Source: Veleropilina oligotropha
Taxonomy: Eukaryota
Assembly (NCBI GenBank): GCA_048128005.1
Contig: JBEUKZ010000070.1
Location: 1 to 64,000 of the forward strand
Reading direction: 5' to 3'
DNA length: 64,000 nt
The notes under the pieces are model-generated. The model saw only the letters and a program-made list of their open reading frames with translations. It was not told the origin of the DNA and made no database searches. The translations under genes were made by a program, and so were the position numbers. Position 1 is the stretch's first letter. Every line of letters starts with the position of its first letter. Below are positions 24,101 to 36,100 of the stretch, piece after piece.

Positions 24101-27100
24101 TGATTGTTCGGTGCCAAAACCCAGGAACTGGACATCTGGCGAGTGGAATCAGTCTTAAGGGCAGACGAGTCAAAATCTTAAATATTTGGATCAAACACTT
24201 TGAGTGTTTGTCAGATGCAGGGAGGGTGAGCACATGAGTTGTACGTGTTGTTCCCTTTGTCTGTATCATGGTTCTTTGTATCATCTGCCAACATGACTGC
24301 CACAGCATACTGCAGAGACACGCCATTCCATCAGAAAACGGCTAGTAGGACATTCATTTGTTTTCAAAAAGATAGCAAACTCGAAATTACATCAAATTTA
24401 GACAAGAACTATCTGATGAAAAAGGAGAATGGTGGACATCTCAAAATTATGACCTGACCTCTCAATCCAATATTGTTGGTATGCGATGAACATGACAGAC
24501 TGACAGAAGAGTGAAAGCGAACCAACTCACTAGTGGCACACACCTCTGGAAATTGCAGAATGAAAGCTGGGAAAATGTATTGGGTGATTATCTCGCAAAA
24601 CTTGTAAGCCGAATGCCACATACTTGTGACAGTTATCCAAGCCAAAAGTGGCTATTTCAAGTGCACACGTAATTCATATTCCTTGATATTTCGATGTTAT
24701 ATGTGATTATTTATACTGTAGATGTGCTAAGTGATACTTTTTTGGAATAAAACTTTGTCAAATAAGAAAAATCGTTGTTTTCAACGGGTTTACTCAAACT
24801 TTTGACTGGTACTGTAGATTCAATCCAATAAAGGTTAACTGTCATGGAATATACAGTCACCGTTGGCATTTCCTTTGCGGTCAGCATTCCCAGACTTTGA
24901 GACACGGTTTCTGGAGCGAAGATGTCCCTCCCCCTGGTGTTCTGGTCATCTGTGATCGGCCCAGTCAGCCTCATATTGAACACATACAGGCAACACAGCC
25001 AACTGGACTGGGGTTCACTTCCCAATAAGGCAGAAGCGGCCTGGAAAAATAGTATGTAAATAATATATACACATATATAGATTCATCAATGAGTAGGAAG
25101 TAATATAACGCTAACAGAGCATATGATTTATAACTCTTTGGCTGCATCAATCTGAAAGGAGTGATGATAGACAAACACTGCATCACATTGTAGAACTATA
25201 GCTAGAATGTGATTTAGTTGTTTGGAATTATGTATAATTTCCAACCCTTTAAGGTCATATCCATATTTGCAGGAGAGGACTGCAAGACCACCCGGGTTAT
25301 GGACCAATGCGACTGTTAATCAGTCTTGTTAATCAATTCTGGCCAAGCCAGTTTGACTATCGACTATGTTGGGTTGACAAATTTGTATACAATTTCCAAG
25401 GTCCTTGTATTTTGACTATCGACCCTGACAGCTTGATTATCAACCATGAGACCCTGACCTTCTTGAAGTAGTGCTGCTTATGCTTGGTGGTGCCGGGCCG
25501 TGCCTGCCCAGGCTCCTCCTCGCTGTCCCACTCGCTCTCATCGTCATCGCACCACAGCACCTCCTTCCCAACAGGCATCAGATTGTCATCCAACTCTCCT
25601 GGAACAAGGATGTACTGCCACTGTACAATACACCGCCACAAAGCGCAACTGTCATGGTGCAATACACAGTCATAGTTTATATATTACCTCTGCCATGGTA
25701 ATGTAGGCAGCTGTCTTACAAAGGCAAGTTCAATGTATGCAAAATGAGGTTTTTAATTAAACCTAATATTAGTTAAAACATACTTACGTCCTTACTCTTG
25801 CCATAATAGTCATATTATCGCCAACCGGAAACAGTGAATAAAGTCACATTTAGGCACTTATTAAGTCAAAACGTACCACGATTACCTCCCCTGCTCCCGC
25901 TCTCTAAGTTCCCCCGGCGAGATCTCGCCAAGTCTCGCGAGATATCCGAGCTCGAGATCACAAGACCTCAATTCAAAGTTCAGAACCCCAAAGGAACTTA
26001 GTAGAGGGGAGGAATGCGAAACGCAGGGTGGGTAATCGTGGTAAGGGCGTAAGTATGTTTTAACTAATATTAGGTTTAATTAAAAACCTCATATGTAGTT
26101 ACAAACTTACTTACGTCCTTACTCTTGCCAGAATAACCTTGGATAGGTGGGTAAGAAGTTCCTTACAACAACCCAAACAAGATAATGACTTACTTTTCAC
26201 CATTTCAATCAGCTCGAAGCGTCGATTGTGTCCGCCCAGAGTGGAATTTACTGAGAATTATATTCAACTCTTACCAAGCGAGAATTTCGACCAGTGTTAC
26301 CGGGAGAATACGCCGTGGTGTTAGTCGGACGAGGTGAACGGAAGTGCAATCAGCCCCAGGCATGGCCGGAAGGATGAATCCCTGTAGGTCTTACGTGTCA
26401 TGGGCCAGTGGCAGCCAAATGGTACTCCTGGCCAAAGGCCGGTAGCCAGAGGATGCAGTCGGATTTGTAAGCACACGGAACCTAATAGGTTGTGAAAGCG
26501 TGAAATCAAAAGCAAAGAATTAATAGATTAAATAAATAATCGATATTAATAATTGATTCGCATGACCAACTTGCGAAACGCTAACATGTAAGACATGTTA
26601 ATTAAAATAAATTTTAAGGAAGCAAATATTAAAATTTTTTCAATGTATTGAACATCGTATGTTCGATAACAGCATAGAACATCAATAATATTGAACCTCA
26701 AAAATCCTATAAGATTTTCGCAATATAAATGTTTATTAATTCAATGCTCAGGTATGCTCAGGTATGACATGAAGTACAAAATCTTAAAATGTTTTTAAGA
26801 AATGAACAGACATTGAATCGCCTCATATGTGTCTATTTCATAGAACAGCTAGGCCAACAAATAACAATGCGTCAGCATGAATTATGTAAATTGATCAATC
26901 AAGAAACAATACTCACTGATTAGATGACCTCGGTCTAACAATACAACGTTGAGCAGCCACACACTGTAGAGTGCTCAAACCGTCAGCCCCGGTAGAATAG
27001 TCCCGCAGATAATGCTTAACAAAGACATTTGCATTCTTCCAGTAACCTGCTTGAAGCAACGCTGTGATATTTAAATTATGTCGGAAGGCAATTGAAGCCG

Positions 27101-30100
27101 CAATTGCACGGACCTCGTGCGCGCGCACAGATAAAATAGTGCGGTCTACTTCTTCACAGCGAGAGTATACATCTCTCACCACCTGTGAAATCCACCGCGA
27201 AACAGTTGTCTTTGTAATGTCGTGGGTGAAGGAAGGTAAATACGAAATGAATAAACGTAATTTTCCCTGCCGCAGATCACGGGTCCTGTCGCGGTAGAAG
27301 CGCAGGGCCCGTACTGGGCAATTTAACAGGTCCTCATCATGCCTTCCGACCAGCGTAAGCTTAGGGATAATAATATCAGGTGCGTCCTCGTTCGGCCGTT
27401 GGTTCTTGGCGAGAAAGCCCAGAATAGGACGCAGCATCACCGACCCGTCTGACTGGAATCGAATATCTCGTAGCTCGGCGGATAAGCTATGAATCTCGGA
27501 ACAACGCCTGCCCGACGCTAAGGCGATCAGAAAAACCGTTTTGTGCGTCAAGTTCCTCATAGACACCGTGGACATCGGCTCGTACGGAGGTAAGTGTAGA
27601 GCGTTAAGAATTAGAACGATATTCCAGGCAGGTGGCCGTATGGTTCGGGTCGGCATTTCGAGCTCGTAGGATCGTATAAAATCCGATATCGTTCGGTCGC
27701 TAGATAGGCCAACATGGGCACGACACTGTTTTAACGTGGTCGCGATCGTTGCCCGATAGCCTTTAACGGCGGACACTGACATACCGCGGTCAAAGAGCGA
27801 CGATAAAAACTCGATAAACTTGTTCACAGGGGGACGGAGAATATTGACCTGCCGGCTGTGACACCAATCCACGTACTTGACCCATCGGTAGTCATAAACT
27901 TTTGTCGTGGAAAGCCTTCTCGATCGGTAAATGCGTAGGGCTGTTGCGTGAGAAAATCCTTTCTTAGCAAGGGATCGTTCGATAACCGCCAGGCGTGTAA
28001 ACGTAAGTCGTTCGGCGATGGATGTAGTACACGGGTGCGCGGCTGCATTAACAGGTCCGGTCTCTGCGGGAGCGCTAACGGTCGATCGACGATCAGATCG
28101 AGGAGGGTCGGAAACCAAGGTTGCGTGCGATACAGGGGCGCGATTAGCGTTATCTCGCAATGTTCGTTCGATGCCTTCTGTAATACCAGTGTCAGAATGC
28201 ACGACGGGGGGAAGGCATACGCGGACAGATTCTCCCATGTCATTGACAGTGCGTCGACCGCTAGGGCGGCCGGGTCCGGGTACGGGGAGACATACAGAGG
28301 TAGTCGGTAATTGAATTCTGTTGCAAACAGATCGACTTGGGGTTGCGACCACCGGCGGCAAACGTCCCGAGCTACTCGGCTGTGTAGCGTCCACTCTGTG
28401 TGTATTATCTGTGATTTCCGAGAGAGCAAATCCGCTCTGACATTCAGCTTTCCCGGGATGTGTCGGGCTCGAATCGTCGAGTTGAGGGACATCACTAGGC
28501 GGTGTAGGTCTATTGCTCGGTCGCAAAGGGGACGCGAGCGAGTGCCGCCCTGGTGCTGGATGTAAGCGACGACAGTCGTGTTGTCCGTGGCGAGCATTAT
28601 GTGCTTGTTGCGGAGATGTGACGAGAGGGACCGTACTGACAGGTAGACGGCTTCTAACTCTAGGAAGTTGATATGTCGTCCCTGAAGGTCCGTCGGCCAT
28701 AGGCCTGATGTCTCGTAACTGTCGAGGTGACCACCCCAGCCGTCGTTCGAAGCGTCTGTGAACAGGTAAGCGTTCGGCTCTGGCGGGGATATAGGAACCG
28801 ACTGGTCCGGCAAAGCAGGGTTCAACCACACTGCTGTTGTGTTGGTAAACCAATGCCGTAGATCGATGCGATCCGTCCACTGCCCCGTCCGTTGTATCCA
28901 GCGATCCCTGATCGCCTGTTGTAACGGTCGTTTGTCCATGCGACCCGTCGGTAGCAGGGTCGCTACCGACTCGATGTGCCCCAGGACAGTGGCCAGTTGT
29001 CGCGCCGTAGTTATGTCCGATGACAGGGTGTCTTGGATAACCGCGCGTAGGTTCCGCATACGTTTCTGAGTCGGCTTCGCGGTGTACCGGACCGTATCGA
29101 AGTCGACTCCGAGGAACGTAAACGTCGTCGAGGGCACGAAGCAGGATTTTGTCTCGTTGATCTGAAATCCCAGGCGCTTCGCTGATGACAGGGTAAAGCT
29201 CGTAGACTGGAGGAACAGATCTCGGGACGCCCCGAGGATCAGCCAGTCGTCGAGGTACATATGTACCCTGTGCCCTAGAGAGTGTAGGAAGGCCCCAAGG
29301 GCCTGTACTGTTCTCGTGAAAACGTAAGGGGCTGACGATAGACCGAACGGTAGGCACCTGAATTGGTAGATCGTCTCCCCGTGTATAAACCGAAGGTACT
29401 GATGAGCCGTGATATGCATCGGGACATGCAGATACGCGTCGGTCAGATCGATAGACGCTGCCCAGTCGCCCGGATGGATGGCCGCTCGAATCTTCGAGAG
29501 GGCTTCTTGCTGGAATTTCTCGGTACGAAGATATCGGTTGAGATACGAGAGATCGAGGATCGGTCGCCAGCGGCCATCGGGTTTCGGGACCAGGAAGAAA
29601 TGGCTGTAAAATCCTGGTGTGCTGGGCGGCGCGGGATATATCGCTCTTTTTAGGAGCAAATCCCGCACTGCCTGGTCTAAGACCGCTTGTTTCTCTCCGT
29701 TTAGGAGGCGAGCGTGTCTTGATGGTGGTGCCTCGGTTAAGGTCGGATGCCGGTTGAATGCCAACTTGTATCCGGCACTCACGACTAAGTGGACCCAGTT
29801 GCTGTCTGTCAGCTCTAGCCACGACTGGCTGTGCGCTAACAGGCACGCTCCCACCGGCGGAAGCGGGCAACTGAGACCGTCGCGAATGCCGGCAGCCCTA
29901 GGGCCGAGGCTTCCCTCTCCCGCTCTGCTTACGGGATTTCGCTGGAGGTGCTTGCCTCTTTGGAGTGGGTTTATTGGCCGGAGGCCTACCACCCGAAGAG
30001 GGCTTCGCACTCTTAGAAGGCTTCGGGGCCCGGGTGGGCCCTTAGCGCTTCCTCGAGTCGGCAGGTGGACCCCGAACGGGGTGCAGTACCGCCTTCTCGA

Positions 30101-33100
30101 TGGCACGGTCCTTCATGTCCGCCGCTCTCTTGTCAACGAACTCCGAAAAGTTGTCACCAAAGAGAGTGGTGGCCGAGCAAGGCACACATCGCAACGAGCG
30201 CCGGGTGGCCTCGTCTAGCGAGGTGCCTTCCAGGCAAGCATCCCTACGAAGTAGGAGTGCATTGCCCAGGACACGTCCCGTCTCCAACGCGCTGGTCTCC
30301 TGTGCGGCAGCAACCTCCTGGAGGAAGGACAGGGCAGCCTCGTGGGCGCCGGGTCCATCCTCCTGTAGTACGGCGATCGCGCCGTCCAAGAAAAAATCCT
30401 GAACAGACGATAGCCGTAGAGCCCGTCGGGCGGCGCTCTCGAAAGCTTCCAAGGCGGATCAAGGAACTTTCGCTACGGAGGGAGTGTGACTGGCGGTCAG
30501 TCGACGCAACGAAGCGTCTACATGAGCCGGCTCAGTCGCCAGGCACGGACCAGTACAGGCGAACGGGATCGCTCGCGAACTGGCCCGGAGGTACCTCCCA
30601 CTACGGAACCCCGAAGGGAACTCGGTCAGCGGGGAGGACTCCACCGGATTGCGCCCCTGAATGAGCTTGGTTGTCGAGTCAACGACAAGATCAACCAGCC
30701 CAGACTGAGGTAAGGAGGGGAGCTCGGGGGCTTCCCTCTCGACAAACCGATGTGCTGCCGTCCTGTGCTTGACTACGCCTACGGCCGACCGAGTCGGTTC
30801 CGGCAAGCCAAGCACCCCGCGAAGTGACGCAACGGCGTCGAGCCTTCGGCGGGTGGAGGAGGTCGGCTCCTGCGTGCCTGAAAGACTAACGTCTTCGGGC
30901 CCGACCGATTCAGGGAGGTCGGAGTGAAGGGAACCGAGGTCCTCGTCGGAACGAGGGTCGATCTCCATCACGGAGGCAGGAGCCGTGCTCTGCGCCATGG
31001 GCAGAGGTGTAGGTACCAGGCGCGGCTGGGGAGCCGTCGGCCAGGCCTTACACCGTTCCTCGATCCCCGCCGCGATCCATGCCTGGACGTTCTCAACAGA
31101 GAAACCCTGAGGCAGGACGGGCGTCGAACTAACAGCCGGTAGTTCAGTCGAGGAAACCGTGGCGCTAGGTAGACGGGCTGCATAGACAGGTGGGGCCGAG
31201 GACCAGGGTCCTAGGGCACTTGTCGAGGGGTCGAACCCGAAGGGCTGGCCCGAAGGCGCAGTCAGTGGGCCGGACGACCGATAGAACTGCGGCAACAGTT
31301 CAGATCGGTCTACCACTCTGTTCGGGAGAGGCACGGTCGGAAAACCGCCGTAGAACCCCGTCCCGAACGCAGCCGGTCTGTCCACGTTCTCTAGCGTGAC
31401 CATCGTGGGTGCACGGGAAAGAATGGGCCCTCTGAATGTCTCGTGAGCTTCGAGGTTGAGCGGAAAACCCTTAGGGGTAGTCGCGTCGTTCTCGATCGAG
31501 GATTCAGGTGTCGCCGATTGTCCGGATCTTAGACCTTCGAAAAGGTGCCCGGCCTCTTTAAAGGCTTTCTGATTGGGTCGCTCCCTATCGTTAAATAGGG
31601 AGTTTCCCGCAGAAGGACTAACTGTCCCCTTATTCTTCGAGGCCGAAGAAAAGGATTGGGAATGTCTGCCCTGTTCAGCTGTTCTCTGCGCTGCCAGATA
31701 TACCTTGCTAGCCGGCAAGGTATGGTTGGCTGCAGCTACTAGGCCCGGTTGAGGAGGAACGGTCGGCACTCGGGCCGTTACCTGAATCTGGGGTCCCGGC
31801 AAGGTTTCGGTGACTCCCCCAAGAGTCGCGGAGATTTCGCCGGGGGATCCGGCGACAGACGGCCCCTTATGTCGGCTGTCGTCCAGCGTCCCTGAAGCAG
31901 ACAAAGAAGAAACATTATCCCTTACGGAGCCCCTAAGGGAACTCGTTAACTTACCAGTCTCTTCCTGACCCTTCTCCGGGGGAGGACCCACCGTGGCAGT
32001 CGCCCTGGTCGACTTACCCTGGTGGGATAGAACCGCCCACTGCTTATCTGATAAAAGAAGGCACAGATCACATTGAAGTTTAAGACTACAAGTACAAGTA
32101 TCAAAACCGTGAATTTTCTGGTTACACCCGGAGCTACTGCACCGGACCATAGCTAAATACACGGGAGGGTGATAGTGGGTAGACGGGGTAGGTAAATAGG
32201 TATATATATGGTAGTTGTGACTTTTACTACAACAACTCTCAAAATTGCCCTGATCTGAAGATCAAAGATCAGGCGATATACCGCCAAAAAACCCCGAACT
32301 GGGAACACCGAGGCCGGGTAATTACCCGACACGACCCGGTAAAAAACCCGGCAAATTGACTAGAACAAACGGGGGTTTTCTCTTAGAAAAAACCGCCCCG
32401 AAAAACACCTGAAAACCTCGTGGATGTTTTTATGTTAGTACAATGGCGTATTATCCCAGAAACGGCAGGATATCAGAAAAACGCAAGCGTGATATCAAAA
32501 CGATCCTGCCTATTAACGACGCTAGAAATTTTATACAATAATAACCAGCAATAGCATCGTTAAGGAATTATCCAATATAATGAGTTACCTGTTTGCAGTC
32601 TCAAACAATATCAGATAAATATACCGACCAGAAATTTCTTCTTATTACACGAAACTTCCCCTCTGAGCGGCCATGCTTTTCCGTGCAACAGCGGCGATGT
32701 CGGTTTCACTTGATGTCAGAACTTCTCGAAGTTTAGAATCACAATCTATCCTTATTCACTTGTGTTTTGTCTATCCACAACACAGTGTATATTCCACAGT
32801 ATATAACTAAAGATAAGTTATAATAGCGTCCTCGATTTAAACATGTAAATCGCAGACAAATTCGAAATATTTGCGGAGCAAAAAACACGTCTTTCCGTCT
32901 CGGCGGAAAACTTTGAATTGAGGTCTTGTGATCTCGAGCTCGGATATCTCGCGAGACTTGGCGAGATCTCGCCGGGGGAACTTAGAGAGCGGGAGCAGGG
33001 GAGGTAATCGTGGTACGTTTTGACTTAATAAGTGCCTAAATGTGACTTTATTCACTGTTTCCGGTTGGCGATAATATGACTATTATGGCAAGAGTAAGGA

Positions 33101-36100
33101 CGTAAGTAAGTTTGTAACTACATATGACAGTCCCAGACAGCTGGGGATATATGTTGACAATTTATTAATTCATTTCTAAAACATGTGATAACTGTTCTAA
33201 GTTCGATATCACCTAATTAAGATTTACAAAACATACTTTTGACATGTTACAAAATTATTATTAACACAGTTCATAAATATTTAAAAAGACCACCAAAGCA
33301 GTCCTGTTTAGGATCACACCACTGACATGTCAGCTCCTACTGAGTAGCCACCACTTTAATATTTTACACAGAATCATTTGGCAAATATGATCTCAAAGGA
33401 AAAGAGAGATGTACGTAACAACCCAATAAGAATTCTGACAGTTACCAAAGTAGACCTTAATAATAAACAATATCGCCTTGACATACCTTCTTTATGCAGC
33501 AATTCACACATTTTCAATGCAACAGCCATCTTGGCTAGCTTTTTCCTAGGCATTGAACAACCCTGCAAAGGCATAATCACAATGTGATGGATAAAAATTT
33601 TGTTGGCTTTCATGAATATTCATTTATGACAAAGGTTGTGATAACTTTGCCATACATGCATATGATAATCAAGGCAAATCAGATATTTCTTTGTTGGGTT
33701 GTGTCATAGTAATACATGACATCAATGACCGTATATTTTCAATAATATTATCGACCGACATAAATGATACAAGCTTTCCATTATTTTATGTGATGCTGCC
33801 AAAAAATGATATGTGAGACAAGCGCTGACATGAAGGATACACTTACCTCAATCTCGTCTTTAATTGGAGAGTTAATGGGAAGCCGGAGTTTGGCCACGAA
33901 ACATGGAGAATCGCCATCGCCCACTTGGACAATAGTGCATCGTGGTGTCAGATGAGTGAAAGCATCGCTGGGCAGCTTGGCACAGTATCTGAAAGTTAAT
34001 CATCACTTATGGAGGATACGAAAGTGTATCTCATGATTGGAAAATTCATACGTAAATAGTTCATATGTGCTACGTTATAAAAGAAAGATATTTAATAGAT
34101 AAATAAATATTAAATTATAATAGCTATTAGATATAAATAAGAAAATCTCTATAGAGGAGTGTTATGGATGACCTGCTAACTGGACCTTTATCCGGTTATC
34201 ATATTATCGGATGCTCAAACGACTACCGAAATTTATATTTAAAATAGATAACCTGTTGACTAGAGCTATGGCTGAGCTCATGGTGACCCTGGGAAACTCT
34301 GCATCCTTCTGTGGCACATACGGTGGAACAAGGGCATTCACTTGAGCTGGGTCGAAGTCAGGTTCCTCTGAAGATACACGGTCACAGAAGTGACCCAGCA
34401 GGACCTGTAATAATGCACGCAACATCAAATAAGCTGACCAGGCACAGTGCCTGAAACCATGCACGCAACATCAATTAAGCTGACCAGGCATAGTGCCTGA
34501 AACCATGCATGCAACATCAATTAAGCTGACCAGGCGTAGTGCCTGAAACCATGCACGCAACATCAATTAAGCTGACCAGGCACAGTGCCTGAAACCATGC
34601 ATGCAACATCAATTAAGCTGACCAGGCGTAGTGCCTGAAACCATGCACGCAACATCAATTAAGCTGACCAGGCATAGTGCCTGAAACCATGCTCGCAACA
34701 TCAATTAAGCTGACCAGGCATAGTGCCTGGAACCATGCACGCAACATCAATTAAGCTGACCAGGCAAAGTGCCTGAAACCATGCACGAAACATCAATTAA
34801 GCTGACCAGTGCCTGAAACCAAAGCATCTTTGACTGACGAGTATAAAGTTAGTAGTATGATAAGTTATATTTCAATACGGTAAATACTAGGTATCAGTCT
34901 TTCAGATGCGTGTTTAGTGACATAATCACATGACCCCTACCAGGGAGGTTATGAGATGAAACAAACATTGTGTCACGGTTAGAGATTCGAACATTACATC
35001 AACTGACTTGTCGTCTTTCGAAAAGAGAACCAAGGTTCCAGCTATGGATACGACTGAAAAATTGTAAAAACTTGTTCGTAAAACTGAATCACAATTGACA
35101 TGATGTCAATATGCATCCTTAGTTTAACCACTATCGTTCAAATATAATAAATGTTGGATGCTGAATTCAAGTGCAGTGTAAACAATATCATTTGCAACAA
35201 TCAGACATCGAAATTAAATACATCTTTGGTTCCATTGTTCTAACAGCAAAATACAAATAACATCACATGAACACGGTACAAAGCACAGAGAGTAATGAGA
35301 TCTAATAAGTGTTTACATTTTCAATTCCTCTGTACATTTTCAGATCTTCTTTAAACTTTTCCAGATTGTCAGCATCGACTAGCATCATATACTCAGCATT
35401 CCTGGCCCTCGCTCGACCCTGAAGTAAGGAACAAAATTAATTGTCGTACTGGCGGTGTTCAGAGAAGACAGTTACATATTGATGAAGTTCACCTACCTGC
35501 CTATGGTTAATAACTGCTGAGCCTTGACCGATGGCAATCAATCTCCTAAACACGGTCACCATTAAACCTATTGTAGTGTACATTATTTTCACCTATTAGA
35601 AATCAATATTATTGTTTAAATAAAAACATCAATACGAGCTACTTTTGAATACAAAATCGAATAAGACATTTACATTCCATGCATTGATAATAAATTGTGC
35701 ATGTTGCGAAGTTATCAGTCAAAACATACCAACATGAACCTTAATATTATACAGCAGTAGAGATATTAATATTTCAGTAATAAAAGATGACAGGTGCCCT
35801 ACTTCTAGCCTATCAGAGTGCTGTTTTATAGCTTTGACAATACCACCATGAAGTCATCTGAATTTTACTTCAATTGTATTACATAATTTCCTTAAATTGA
35901 GCACATTTTGTATGATTGATTTTTGCAGTCCTAAACGTGCACAATATACTAGGTTTAATATATACTTCAGGGTAAAATATATACAACATACATATGTGCA
36001 GTTTTGTAAAAGGTCGACATAACAAAATTGGTACTAACATAATTGTAATGTCCAAAATATTTGTAACAAATTCGGTATGAAACTGCTCCTTGCTGCTATT

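Larger units (their letters stand above)
25744..33123 (-). mobile_element. DIRS-type retrotransposon copy 1 (family A), full length ~7.38 kb
   Basis: 200-bp ITRs (25781-25980 and 32909-33108), ICR 26041-26130, and gag, RT-RH-MT and YR ORFs. Confidence 0.97.

Noticed and set aside
27824..30106. Bacterial retron, DGR or prophage integrase-RT-methylase system
   Set aside because: The ITR/ICR structure, gag-like ORF and location in spliceosomal introns identify DIRS retrotransposons.
27948..31399. Many plus-strand ORFs antisense to DIRS genes (also in the other copies)
   Set aside because: Expected shadows of GC-rich dual-coding sequence; starts and lengths are not consistent between families.
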